Shown here in pieces: positions 10,337 through 20,197 of a stretch of DNA of 64,000 nucleotides. A program made the position numbers and the translations under genes. Position 1 is the stretch's first letter. Every line of letters starts with the position of its first letter. Source of the DNA: Candidatus Micrarchaeota archaeon (GTDB lineage Archaea > Micrarchaeota > Micrarchaeia > Anstonellales > Bilamarchaeaceae). The stretch is taken from positions 32,001-96,000 of the forward strand of contig JBBSVN010000002.1 in assembly GCA_038046765.1 (NCBI GenBank). The letters run 5' to 3'. The notes under the pieces were generated by a model. That model did not search any database. It had not been told where the DNA came from and saw only the letters and a list, made by a program, of their open reading frames with translations.

Positions 10337-10984
10337 ATGATTGAAAGAAAAATAAATTTACCGCTTTATGTGCTGGCGTTTGTCATAACTATAATTATTT
10401 TTGGTATTGGTGTTTATTTTGGTTCAGTAATTGATAATTCAAATAATCAGAACATAAAAAATGATGTGTCTGACCTATCAAACAAGATATATGCCACTCA
10501 AATGTTACTTTTAAGCGATGATAAGGAAATTGCATGCGTTGCACTTAAAGAACAATTAAATAGTTTTGATTCACAAATTAATGATGTTGGTCAAAAACTC
10601 TCTTACCTTGAAAATTCCAGATCGGCCGTTGATAATGAGCTAAAAAAGCAATATTTCATTCTCGAAACTAATTCCTATTTGTTATCAAAAAAACAAAACT
10701 CCAATTGCAACTTTACTAATTCCAAAAAAGATGTTTTGATACTTTATTTCTATTCAAATAAAAACTGCGAAAACTGTGTAAAGCAAGGAGTTGAGTTAAC
10801 TGAAGCAAGGACTTCTTTTAATGGTACTAGGACATACTCCTTTGATGGTGATTTAAATAGTCCAGTTGCTGATGCATTAAAAAATAAATATAATGTAACA
10901 AGTTATCCGACAATAGTAATTAACGACCGGGTGTTATCAGGTTACTACTCAAAAGATCAGCTGATATCTGAGTTTAAAAAGTAA
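10337..10984 (+). CDS. Membrane-anchored thioredoxin-fold protein
   Basis: N-terminal TM; YFYSNKNCENC and YNVTSYPTIVIN. Confidence 0.7.
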   Translation: MIERKINLPLYVLAFVITIIIFGIGVYFGSVIDNSNNQNIKNDVSDLSNKIYATQMLLLSDDKEIACVALKEQLNSFDSQINDVGQKLSYLENSRSAVDNELKKQYFILETNSYLLSKKQNSNCNFTNSKKDVLILYFYSNKNCENCVKQGVELTEARTSFNGTRTYSFDGDLNSPVADALKNKYNVTSYPTIVINDRVLSGYYSKDQLISEFKK

Positions 10985-11024
10985 AACTTTTAATATAAGG
11001 TACGTTACTAAATTTTGCATAAAG

Positions 11025-11591
11025 GTGATTATTTTGGTATTTATGATTGTTTTAATTTGTCTCGGAGGCGCAATATTATTAGCGGGTTTATTCGCAATTT
11101 TAACTTTCAATAATTTAATTAGCCTCAAAAATCGTGTTGATAATGCATGGTCTCAGATCGATGTTCAGTTAAAAAGAAGATATGACCTGATACCTAACTT
11201 AATTGAAACAGTTAAAGGATATGCAAAACACGAGAAGGAAACTTTATCTGACATAACAAAATATCGTGCACAACTTGTTACTGGAACTACTGAACAAAAG
11301 GCACAGGCTAACAACATGTTAACTGGGGCATTAAAATCCTTATTCGCAGTAGCTGAAAACTACCCTCAACTTAAGGCCAATGAAAATTTTAAAATGCTTC
11401 AAGAAGAATTAGCCGGAACTGAAAATAAAATTGCATATGTTAGGACAGCTTACAATGATAATGTTCTATCATATAATAATGCGATTCAGATGTTTCCAAA
11501 CAGTATCTTTGCGAATATGTTTAACTTTGTACAAAAGACTTATTTCGAAGCACCTGCTGCAGAAAGGGAAAACATAAAGGTAAAGTTTTAG
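11025..11591 (+). CDS. lemA: LemA family protein
   Basis: AWSQIDVQLKRRYDLIPNL, VAENYPQLKAN. Confidence 0.96.
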   Translation: MIILVFMIVLICLGGAILLAGLFAILTFNNLISLKNRVDNAWSQIDVQLKRRYDLIPNLIETVKGYAKHEKETLSDITKYRAQLVTGTTEQKAQANNMLTGALKSLFAVAENYPQLKANENFKMLQEELAGTENKIAYVRTAYNDNVLSYNNAIQMFPNSIFANMFNFVQKTYFEAPAAERENIKVKF

Positions 11592-11620
11592 CTTGTAGCT
11601 TTTAGCATGTAGCTGGTAGC
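11589..11620. repeat. 7-bp-period TAGCnnn array (5 units)
   Basis: TAGC at 11589, 11596, 11603, 11610, 11617. Confidence 0.85.
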
Positions 11621-11621
11621 A

Positions 11622-12515
11622 ATGACTTACGATAAAATCAGTTTCTTTGACGCTGCTGCAGCTAATAAAACAAAATCAGTTGTTCTTTTAGTTTTTTTAT
11701 TTTTATTTTATCTAGTCGTACTATTCGTTTTTTCTTATGTCTTTGAGCTAGGTGTGCTCGGCTTCATTTTGGGTGTTTTTTCTTTATTTTTCTATGCACT
11801 AATTACTTATTATGCGGGAGATCAAATTCTTCTATCATTAAGTGGCGCTAAAAAAATTGAACAAAAAGATTTTCCATATATATTCAATACTGTTGAAGGT
11901 TTGGCATTGGCTGCACAAATTTCAACTCCTCAAATTTATTTGATTAGTGATGATTCGCCAAATGCATTTGCAACTGGAAGAGACCCCGCACATTCTGCTT
12001 TGGCTATGACAACCGGATTGCTTCAGCTCCTAAATAGGGAAGAAATCGAAGGAGTAATTGCACATGAGATGTCTCACATTGCCAACTTCGATATTCGAAT
12101 GACTATGATCGCAACTGTTTTTGGAGCTTCTATTGCGCTTTTAAGCGGTATCGCTACAAGAATGCTCTGGTTTGGCGGAGGAAGGCGGGATCGAGACCGG
12201 GGTAGTGGCGGGTTAGCTCTGCTCGGTATACTATTCCTTATTCTAGCCCCCATATTTGCTCAACTAGCTCAATTAGCCCTTTCAAGACAAAGAGAATATC
12301 TCGCTGATACTACTGGTGCTAGGATGATTAGAAACCCAAATGCTTTAGCTAATGCATTAGAAAAGATTGGTAAATCCAATGTTCCTCTTGAGAACGTTAC
12401 TGATGCTACGGCTGGTTTATATTTTGCACTTCCTAAGGCAAATGGTTTTTTCCAGTTATTTGCTACGCATCCCCCAATTGAAGAACGGATTAAACGATTA
12501 AGGGGAATGTACTAG
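11622..12515 (+). CDS. htpX: Zinc metalloprotease HtpX (M48)
   Basis: PNAFATG, AHEMSH, SRQREYLAD, THPPIEERI. Confidence 0.96.
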   Translation: MTYDKISFFDAAAANKTKSVVLLVFLFLFYLVVLFVFSYVFELGVLGFILGVFSLFFYALITYYAGDQILLSLSGAKKIEQKDFPYIFNTVEGLALAAQISTPQIYLISDDSPNAFATGRDPAHSALAMTTGLLQLLNREEIEGVIAHEMSHIANFDIRMTMIATVFGASIALLSGIATRMLWFGGGRRDRDRGSGGLALLGILFLILAPIFAQLAQLALSRQREYLADTTGARMIRNPNALANALEKIGKSNVPLENVTDATAGLYFALPKANGFFQLFATHPPIEERIKRLRGMY

Positions 12516-12538
12516 TTATTGGCAATGAGCTGTGCGCA

Positions 12539-13072
12539 ATGAGCATTGAGCAAGTTTATGTCGTAAATGAAAAAGATGAAATCCTATATAAGCTACCTAG
12601 ATCAGAAGTCAACCAAAAAAATCTTATCACACGTGCAACAATCGTTCTTGTTTTTAATTCTAAAAAAGAAATTCTAATTACCAAACGCTCGAAAAACAAA
12701 AGATCGAATCCCAATTTATGGGAAATCGGACAAGGAGGCGTAGTAACTGCTGGAGAAACTTATGAACAGAATTCTATTCGAGAATTATTTGAAGAAACTG
12801 GTTTAAAAAGAAACGAAAGCGAATTAGTCTATTTGTTTGACTACAAATTCAGTTCAAACACTATGAGATACAATTCAAAAGTTTTTTCCTGTAAAATGAA
12901 TATTACTGAAAACATTTTTCTGCAAAAATCTGAAATAGAAAAAGGCGAATTTATTTCTTATGAAAAATTAAAAGAAAAAGTAGGGTTAACCCCGGAGTTA
13001 TTTACTCCGGACAGTTTAGAATTTATTAAAATTTATACTAGCTTTATTTCTTCTTCTTATCAAGCGGTGTAA
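12539..13072 (+). CDS. NUDIX hydrolase (IDI/YfcD-like)
   Basis: GGVVTAGETYEQNSIRELFEETG Nudix box. Confidence 0.88.
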   Translation: MSIEQVYVVNEKDEILYKLPRSEVNQKNLITRATIVLVFNSKKEILITKRSKNKRSNPNLWEIGQGGVVTAGETYEQNSIRELFEETGLKRNESELVYLFDYKFSSNTMRYNSKVFSCKMNITENIFLQKSEIEKGEFISYEKLKEKVGLTPELFTPDSLEFIKIYTSFISSSYQAV

Positions 13073-13919
13073 TTCCAGCTGCATCTGAAATTATAACTGA
13101 AACATCGGTGCCTTCTGGAATTACGTACTTTGTGTTTTGTGAAAGTGCCCGTTCTGCTACCTCAAGTTTCTTTAAAACCTGTGCATCTCCCTTGAAATAC
13201 TTTTGAGCTGACTCATTAACAATTCTAATTGCTTCTGCTTCTGCCTGAGCTCTTAATTCAACTGCCTTAGCTTGTCCTTCTGCTTCTTTAATTGATGCTC
13301 GCTTTGCACCATCTGCCTGTGTTTCAACCGCAGTAGCCAAATCAACTGCAGCTACTTTTTCATTTTTAGCCTTTACAACATTATTCATTGCTTGTTGAAC
13401 ATCTGCTGGCGGATCAATTCTTTGAAGTTCAACTCTAATAACATCGATCCCCCAAAGATTAGTTTCTTTGTCAAGTTGCTGCTCAAGCGCTTCGTTAATT
13501 TTTTGTCTGTTTTCATTAGCTTCTGATAATGTTAACGTGCCCATAATTGCACGTAAAGTTGTCTGGGCTAATGATGGTATTGCTGTTCTAAAATTATCGA
13601 TGTTATAAAGCGCTTTCACAACGTCATTTATTCGGTAATATACAATTGCGTCTACTTCTGTATTTAAGTTATCCTTTGTAATTACTGTTTGTTTTTCAAC
13701 ATCAAATCTGTTTTCAGTAGTCGGAACCAAAATAATTCTTTCAATAAATGGTATTATTATAACTAATCCTGGTTCAGAAACTCTGTTAAATTTACCAAAA
13801 TTTTCAATTATCGCCTTTTCAACTGGTCTTACAATTCTTATGCTTGAAAAAGCAAAAAATAATGCAACTAACAAAACTATAAAAAGCCAGAATCCATCTA
13901 TAAATAATATTTCGTACAT
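13044..13919 (-). CDS. SPFH/band 7 (stomatin/QmcA-like) membrane protein
   Basis: N-terminal TM, VITKDN, LAQTTLR, WGIDVIRVELQRI; ATG at 13919 preferred. Confidence 0.92.
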   Translation of the reverse strand: MYEILFIDGFWLFIVLLVALFFAFSSIRIVRPVEKAIIENFGKFNRVSEPGLVIIIPFIERIILVPTTENRFDVEKQTVITKDNLNTEVDAIVYYRINDVVKALYNIDNFRTAIPSLAQTTLRAIMGTLTLSEANENRQKINEALEQQLDKETNLWGIDVIRVELQRIDPPADVQQAMNNVVKAKNEKVAAVDLATAVETQADGAKRASIKEAEGQAKAVELRAQAEAEAIRIVNESAQKYFKGDAQVLKKLEVAERALSQNTKYVIPEGTDVSVIISDAAGITPLDKKKK

Positions 13920-13981
13920 AATATTATTTACATCCGATCGTTTTAAAATATGTCCACTAAAATAAGTGTAATTCAATATTT

Positions 13982-14125
13982 CAGTAAATCTCAAAGTAAA
14001 TTCTGGCATGAGAAGGTCAAACACCTGCCGACATCGCCATCAGTATTTTTTAGTGCGATGTCTTACGGGTATAATCTATGAGCGATCTCTCACCACTTTG
14101 TTGGGGAGAATGTTAGGGATTATCG
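13982..14125 (+). ncRNA. Putative structured ncRNA of unknown family, copy A
   Basis: Colinear with 34855-34997 (minus); core 40/51 identical; GACATCGC/GCGATGTC stem covaries with copy B. Confidence 0.6.
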
Positions 14126-14159
14126 TATTACGTAAAACCGTCATCTTTATAACTATTAA

Positions 14160-14585
14160 ATGGGTATGTTTACTATGAATCAAACAGATTATGATCAACA
14201 ATTGGATAGTATTTACAAAAATCTCCCTGAAAAACTTACAAAAGGAGAACGGTTTGAACCACCTAAACTTGAATTTTTTACAGAAGGTAATAAAACTATT
14301 GTAAAAAATTTCTTTGTAATCTGCGATAAGTTAAGGCGAACCAAAGAGATGGTTTCAAAGTATTTTTCAAAAGAGCTTGCAGTTCCAGTTACTATCGAAG
14401 GTGACAGGCTTATTTTACAAAGAAAACTTATGTACGATACTTTAAATCGAAAGCTTGAAGAGTATATAACTAAATATGTCGTATGTAAAGAATGTAAAAG
14501 ACCCGACACTAACGTTGTTGAATTAGGTCATGGCTTACGCAAACTCGTTTGTGAAGCGTGCGGAGCAAGTACTCCGATAAATTAA
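14160..14585 (+). CDS. eif2b: Translation initiation factor aIF-2 beta
   Basis: ERFEPP, GNKTIVKNF, CKECKRPDT...CEACGA zinc ribbon. Confidence 0.96.
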   Translation: MGMFTMNQTDYDQQLDSIYKNLPEKLTKGERFEPPKLEFFTEGNKTIVKNFFVICDKLRRTKEMVSKYFSKELAVPVTIEGDRLILQRKLMYDTLNRKLEEYITKYVVCKECKRPDTNVVELGHGLRKLVCEACGASTPIN

Positions 14586-14607
14586 ATATATTAATTGAGG
14601 TCGTTTA

Positions 14608-14901
14608 ATGGAAGTACCAACTAGTGAACCTATAAGAATTAGAATGCCGCGTGAAAAAGATCGCGAAGTTTTAGGGGTTGTTATAGGTGTAATGGGCGGA
14701 AGCCGGATGCGTGTCGCCTGTAAAGATCAAAAAGAAAGAATGTGCCGGATACCTGGAAAATTAAAAAATACAATTTGGGTAAAAGATGGAGATGTAGTAA
14801 TAATTAAACCTTGGGAAATTCAAGGAGACATTAAAGGAGATATCGTTTGGAGATATAACCCTCACCAGGCAAGGATGTTAAAAGAGAAAGGGATGGTTTA
14901 G
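14608..14901 (+). CDS. eif1a: Translation initiation factor aIF-1A
   Basis: RMCRIPGKLK..IWVKDGDVVIIKPW, KGDIVWRY. Confidence 0.97.
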   Translation: MEVPTSEPIRIRMPREKDREVLGVVIGVMGGSRMRVACKDQKERMCRIPGKLKNTIWVKDGDVVIIKPWEIQGDIKGDIVWRYNPHQARMLKEKGMV

Positions 14902-14918
14902 CTTTTAGGTGTAGGTTA

Positions 14919-15653
14919 ATGAAACCATCTAAGCGCCCATCAAAGGAAGATTTTGTTTTAACTGAAAGAGAAAAAGTTGAAAATGAGGTTTTTGACAAAG
15001 AAACTCTTAAGGTTTTATCTCGTATTATAAAAAAAGGGTTAGTAAGTTCAGTTGATTATCCTATTTCTACTGGTAAGGAAGCTAATGTTTTTCGAGCAAC
15101 AACCCCCTCGGGGGAATTTATAATTGTCAAGGTTTACAAAATCGATACCAGTCCTTTTTTTAGAAGAGAAGAATACCTTACTGGAGATCCAAGATTTGCT
15201 AAAATAAAACACAATAATAAGGACATTGTATTTACGTTTGCTAAAAAAGAATTCAAAAATCTGCAAATCTGTGAGAATGCGGGAGTAAATGCACCTCGGC
15301 CAATCTATATGGAAAAGAATGTCCTTCTAATGAGTTTTCTTGGTGTTGATGGGTTACCATACCCGACATTAAATCAGGTGGGGCCAAGAAGTGAAAAAGA
15401 TCTAGAAAGCGTACTTAAAGATATTAAAAAAATGTATTGCGCTGGTTTAGTTCACACCGACTTAAGCGAGTATAATCTTCTTTTGGGTGATTTTCCCTAT
15501 CTAATAGATTTTGGTCAAGGGGTTATTACAAGTACTCCTAATGCAGATAAATTCCTTCAAAGAGATGTTTTAAATGTTTTAAACTATTTTAGAAAAGCAG
15601 GTTATATAAGAGATTTTGAAAAAACTTTGGCGTTTATCAAAAATAAAAAGTAA
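14919..15653 (+). CDS. rio1: RIO1 serine kinase
   Basis: ISTGKEANVF, LVHTDLSEYNLL, IDFGQG. Confidence 0.95.
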   Translation: MKPSKRPSKEDFVLTEREKVENEVFDKETLKVLSRIIKKGLVSSVDYPISTGKEANVFRATTPSGEFIIVKVYKIDTSPFFRREEYLTGDPRFAKIKHNNKDIVFTFAKKEFKNLQICENAGVNAPRPIYMEKNVLLMSFLGVDGLPYPTLNQVGPRSEKDLESVLKDIKKMYCAGLVHTDLSEYNLLLGDFPYLIDFGQGVITSTPNADKFLQRDVLNVLNYFRKAGYIRDFEKTLAFIKNKK

Positions 15654-15926
15654 ACGCTTAAAAATCTACCCGCTAACGACGAAAAACATACGTTTATTTT
15701 ACTCCAAATTTGTTTTAGATATTTTTTAAACTGCTATAAAGTAAAATTCGTTCGTCGTGAAATTTTTTTAGTTTGCGAAAAAGTATGAAAATAAATATTT
15801 TTAATGGCGTAGCTGCGAATTTTTCATTTTGTTGGTCGCAACGATTTATGAGCTATCGAACGAACCGCCGTTCTGTGAGTCAGGGAAAAATCTTTTGCGC
15901 TTACAATAAAAAATAGTGTATTACTT

Positions 15927-17720
15927 TTAGTTATCTTTGTGCTTTATTTTTTCTTTTTTGGGTTGATTTAGGTCATAATAATCTAAGCTACCAATTACGT
16001 TTGTTCTTAGCAGGTTGATTGGATTAGTTTCTAGCATAAAGAATCCGCTTGATGCTGCTCTGATGCAATTCCATAAGAAGAATATCGATGCTAAACCAAA
16101 GATAATTGATATATTGTAAAATATCTTTGGTAGTCCGATTGTATTTACTAAAATATGGAAATTTGAAAATAACGAAAACGATAACCACGTCAAAAATAAG
16201 TTTCCAAGTATTGCCCCTTGTTTTGCTTCAGGAGTTGTTCTTGCAAATGCTTCATAAACCGTAGATAATACTCTTTTTAGCGATACAATTATTCTTGCCA
16301 TCGGTACAATACAAGTTACTAGAAGCATGAATAAAACTAGTTTATTGACTTCGATATCAAATGGTAATATGCTTACTGCATAACCTGAAAAGTAAGCGCT
16401 AAAGAACCAGCCAATTATAACTAGGGCGGATACGTGTTGAATATGCGATTTTACTTGTTCAAATTCACTAAAACATACTTTGTGGAAAACACCATCTGGT
16501 TCAAAAGTAGAAATTACATTTTTTAAATAACAAGATGCATCTGTTATTGTTCTTTTGAAATCTGCTGAAATACTTTTTCTTACAAATGAATGTATTTTTT
16601 CATATCTGTCCATTAAAAATGAACAAAGTAATGCTGTTATAAGTACGCTTCCACCTGCGATGCTTACGATATTTGGCCCGAATATCGGTGCGCCTTCTTT
16701 TGCTATAAGTAGTGAAAATTCTCCTAATGGTAACATCGCAAGGCCAGAAAATACTGCTGACCTGGAATTGGATGTTATAAGAAAAACAATTAACGCAGTT
16801 ATTGTAAAAACTACAATCACAAAAACAATTATGAGTACCAAAAGTATTGGTAGAGAAGATAAAACTATTTTTGGGTCAACAAGCATTCCTACAGATAAAA
16901 AGAAGAATGATGAGAAAACCAAACTAAATGGTCTTATCGCCTTTTCCATTTCACGTCCTTTTGGGAGTGTTGAGACTAAACTGCCTGCTAAAAATGCTCC
17001 GATTGATGCGCTAAAACCTAAAAAAGTCGCAAAAAGACTCATTACAATACAAAGTATAAATGAAAAAAGTATTGTTGTATCATCTGCCTGATATTTAAGG
17101 AAATCTTCAGAAAATCTTTCTAGGATTTTTTTGAATATATAGTAACCAAGTATAAGCATTCCAAAAGAAAGGAAAACTGCCCATGTAAATGATTCGGTTG
17201 TATATGCTGCTCTTTTTAAATTCGATAAGAATGTTAAAACAAAAATTGCAATTATGTCTTCTATAATTAGCATTGTAACTAGTACTGGAACTTCCTTTCT
17301 TCTTGAATATCCTTTTTGCTCTAATATTTTCATTATGATTGCAGTACTTCCCATCGAAAACATGGAAGCAAAAAATATTGCGTAAAGATTTTCAAAACCA
17401 AGTATGACTATTGCTTGGTGCATTACCATAAATGTTATAAAAACTAGTATGAAACTTCCTAATATTGCACGTATTCCTAAACTTAAAAGTTTTGAAATAC
17501 TAAATTCAATTCCTATTGTAAAAAGTAAAAGTACTGCGCCTATTTCCGCAAGCGTTTCAATCGATGCGTCACTAACCAGGCCTAACGCAAAGGGACCTAT
17601 AATTACTCCTGCAGCAAGTAGTCCTGCTACTGGTGGTAGCTTTAACCTTACAGAAAGTATTCCTGCTATTGCTGAGAAAAGTAAAACTAAACCGAATGAT
17701 ACTACGTCGATTCCTTGCAT
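15927..17720 (-). CDS. CPA2 (Kef-type) cation:proton antiporter with extra C-terminal TM region
   Basis: AEIGAVLLLFTIGIE, STAIIMKIL, IIEDI, GAFLAG, GEFSLLIA. Confidence 0.9.
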   Translation of the reverse strand: MQGIDVVSFGLVLLFSAIAGILSVRLKLPPVAGLLAAGVIIGPFALGLVSDASIETLAEIGAVLLLFTIGIEFSISKLLSLGIRAILGSFILVFITFMVMHQAIVILGFENLYAIFFASMFSMGSTAIIMKILEQKGYSRRKEVPVLVTMLIIEDIIAIFVLTFLSNLKRAAYTTESFTWAVFLSFGMLILGYYIFKKILERFSEDFLKYQADDTTILFSFILCIVMSLFATFLGFSASIGAFLAGSLVSTLPKGREMEKAIRPFSLVFSSFFFLSVGMLVDPKIVLSSLPILLVLIIVFVIVVFTITALIVFLITSNSRSAVFSGLAMLPLGEFSLLIAKEGAPIFGPNIVSIAGGSVLITALLCSFLMDRYEKIHSFVRKSISADFKRTITDASCYLKNVISTFEPDGVFHKVCFSEFEQVKSHIQHVSALVIIGWFFSAYFSGYAVSILPFDIEVNKLVLFMLLVTCIVPMARIIVSLKRVLSTVYEAFARTTPEAKQGAILGNLFLTWLSFSLFSNFHILVNTIGLPKIFYNISIIFGLASIFFLWNCIRAASSGFFMLETNPINLLRTNVIGSLDYYDLNQPKKEKIKHKDN

Positions 17721-17922
17721 GGGATTACACTACTTTTATTTAATTATTTTATTAAATTAATTTTTGTGGGATGTTCAAAATCAAATCTATTTTTTGGATT
17801 ATCTTCATTTTACCTAGTTTGGTTTTGAACAGATCGAGCCAATATATATTGGCTTGGGATAACTGAAACTGAACTTTATACAAAGCGAATATATTAAAAG
17901 GTTTTTATAAAATCAGTAGCAT

Positions 17923-18171
17923 TTATTCATAAACATTTTTTCTGTGCCCTATTTTTAAGATTATTATCTGCTGATTCTGTTCATTTATATCTAGAATTAC
18001 TCTATAATCCCCTGCTCGTAACTTATACGCATTTGAACCTGTTAGTCTTATACAATAGTGGTGCGGTTGTAGTTGTATCCGCTCTAATACTGCAACGATT
18101 CTGTCTTGAATTTCCTTTTCAAGATTCAAAAATGCTTTTTTTGCAGTATCACTTATAATGATGTCGTACAT
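17923..18171 (-). CDS. relE: RelE/ParE family toxin
   Basis: YKLRAGDYRVI, IGHRKNVY. Confidence 0.92.
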   Translation of the reverse strand: MYDIIISDTAKKAFLNLEKEIQDRIVAVLERIQLQPHHYCIRLTGSNAYKLRAGDYRVILDINEQNQQIIILKIGHRKNVYE

Positions 18172-18386
18172 TATTTCATCTCTTTCTTCAAATCTGCAAG
18201 TCCTACAAATTTTCCTTTTCTAACCTCATTTCGTGATGCTTCTACTTCTTTTATAAAATTAGGGTTGAGCGCAAGTCTGTCTTCTATCATATCTTCTATA
18301 ACTTGCTCATAAGTTTCGTTGTAAGATAACTTCATTAGTTCAAGTTTCTTTCTTAGTTCTTCGGAAACCTTAATTGTAGTATACAT
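18171..18386 (-). CDS. Antitoxin (RHH-like) paired with RelE
   Basis: TTIKVSEELRKKL..ETYEQVI; stop overlaps the toxin start (TAATG). Confidence 0.85.
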   Translation of the reverse strand: MYTTIKVSEELRKKLELMKLSYNETYEQVIEDMIEDRLALNPNFIKEVEASRNEVRKGKFVGLADLKKEMK

Positions 18387-18434
18387 AAATATACTATGGT
18401 ATACAAAGGTATAAAAACTTGTTGTTATTGTATA

Positions 18435-18648
18435 TTAATTCTCCTTTCCAAAAATCTCAAGAACTTTAATCTCCTTTTTGCTAAAGCCATCTTTTTTGAG
18501 TTGCTCAATTATTTGTTCGTGCGCGTGTTCTTCTTTTAATTGGTGTTCATAAACTTCTCTAAGCAGATGATTCTTGTCTATATTCCGCAGCCAGGAAAGA
18601 GTCTTCTAGCAATCAAGAGCATAAAATTCCGTAATAAATAAGGCTAAT
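18435..18648 (-). pseudogene. Possible degraded gene remnant
   Basis: Coding-like frame KTLSWLRN...IFGKEN* preceded by an in-frame TAG (18606-18608), with no start codon. Confidence 0.35.
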
Positions 18649-18649
18649 A

Positions 18650-19612
18650 TTACGTTTTTTGATACCATACTTCTATTTTGTCAATAAGTTTTGATACAAA
18701 GTATAAACAAATAATTGCGAATGTTGAGAATAAGACTCCTATTTTCCAGTTTATACCTAGGGGAAATGTGTTTGTTTTTAAAGCTACATAAAATGTTAAA
18801 GGGATTACGAAAACTAAAAAGAGTAGAATCCAGAATCTTAAAGGTTTTCTGCCGCAATATTCAAGAAAATTAAAGATCTTTTGTACCTGGATATTGCTAT
18901 TAATTCTTGAATTTATTTCGCTAATTACATAAAGACTTATTAGTGAAGCTACTATCGAAAGTGTCATAAAAGAGGGTGATCCCTTCATTTTATCTGGAAA
19001 AATCATTAATAATAATGCTACGTTTAGTGTTGCATAAACTAGAAGTATATCTGTAAAACCCCTTCTTTTAATTATTCTTTTACCGACAACTACCCCGCCT
19101 AGCATTACTGGCAAATAAAATATTGCTCCTTGGTATCCACCTAAATAATACTGATCAAAGAAGGTTTGCATATACGGGAATAATAAGAAATAAGAAAATA
19201 GAATGAACACAGATAGCCCTAACACTAGTTTCTCATCTTGTTCGGTTAATAATAATGCTGGTAAAAATAAAATTGTGTTTAGCATCATCTCGTCCATATA
19301 CAAAACTCCTCCTGCTGAAAATGGCGTTATTATTACTGATATTAATGTAAGTTTCCCCAATTTTTCTATTATATCTAAAATCATTTCTTTTGTTCCTTTC
19401 TCTTTACGCTTTTTGACAAAAAAAGGAAGCGATAACCCACTTGCAAAAAGAAACATTGGTAGTACAAAATCTCCAAAGTGCAATATGCCTTTTACATTGT
19501 GGGATAGAAAATCGGGTGTAATGCTTAATCTAATTAACAGAGTAAAAAAAATCATCAATATTATTGCTAAACCACGAAAAATATCTATTGATTTAATTCT
19601 TTGAAAATTCAT
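18650..19612 (-). CDS. HGSNAT-like membrane acyltransferase (DUF1624-type)
   Basis: RIKSIDIFRGLAI, DFVLPMFLFASG; polytopic. Confidence 0.8.
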   Translation of the reverse strand: MNFQRIKSIDIFRGLAIILMIFFTLLIRLSITPDFLSHNVKGILHFGDFVLPMFLFASGLSLPFFVKKRKEKGTKEMILDIIEKLGKLTLISVIITPFSAGGVLYMDEMMLNTILFLPALLLTEQDEKLVLGLSVFILFSYFLLFPYMQTFFDQYYLGGYQGAIFYLPVMLGGVVVGKRIIKRRGFTDILLVYATLNVALLLMIFPDKMKGSPSFMTLSIVASLISLYVISEINSRINSNIQVQKIFNFLEYCGRKPLRFWILLFLVFVIPLTFYVALKTNTFPLGINWKIGVLFSTFAIICLYFVSKLIDKIEVWYQKT

Positions 19613-19692
19613 AGAAATCCTTCGTTTTTAATAACCTAGAAATTAAAAATTAGAAAGATAATAAAAATATAAAAAAGGAAAAATAAATATAA

Positions 19693-20073
19693 TTATGCGC
19701 AATTGTTCAAAGTTAGTCCATTTACATTCCCGCTATTACTTACAATAGATGCAAGTATTGTCGGTATTATTATGTAAATTAATACACCAATAATTGCACC
19801 AGTAAACATTGCTGTAGCCCACACTGTTGCTCTTGCTCTTGTTTCAGCACCAAGTAATTGACCTACTGCATATATTACTGCTGACATAACTACAAGTAAA
19901 ACAACTGCTATTCCCAACATTGTTTTTGCAGACTTACATAACTCAAATAATGCTATGTTTACCCCCGTTAGTCCGCCTGCATAAGTAATTGTTGCAAAAC
20001 CCATTAAAAATAATAGAATTGTGAAAAGTTTACTAAATTTATTTAACTTTACTAATATACCCGACACGTTCAT
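19693..20073 (-). CDS. TrbC/VirB2-like pilin candidate
   Basis: Signal-like segment ending TYA, then two hydrophobic helices joined by a short charged loop (AETRARA). Confidence 0.6.
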   Translation of the reverse strand: MNVSGILVKLNKFSKLFTILLFLMGFATITYAGGLTGVNIALFELCKSAKTMLGIAVVLLVVMSAVIYAVGQLLGAETRARATVWATAMFTGAIIGVLIYIIIPTILASIVSNSGNVNGLTLNNCA

Positions 20074-20197
20074 TACTTCACCTCAATATTCATTATCTTG
20101 AGCTAAATTTGTTATTCAGCTCAATCTATCCAGAATCAAAAATATAAAACTCTATCATAATATAAGTTTACTTAGTTGATTCTGTATATAAATTAAA

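Noticed and set aside
14008..14178. Short + strand ORF (MRRSNTCRHRH...) over structured element A, and the extended SPFH start at 14024
   Set aside because: The equivalent frame in copy B has a stop, and substitutions preserve base pairing rather than codons.
15654..15926. ncRNA between the convergent rio1 and antiporter genes
   Set aside because: No convincing stems, repeats or known motifs found by eye.
16555..17760. Long antisense ORFs here and at 47912-48439, 55803-56441, 35430-35906 and similar sites
   Set aside because: Shadow frames opposite well-supported genes, with no recognisable motifs.
18606..18608. Stop-codon reassignment
   Set aside because: Conserved genes end normally at TAG (lemA, htpX, rps11) and TGA (ef1b, scpA).
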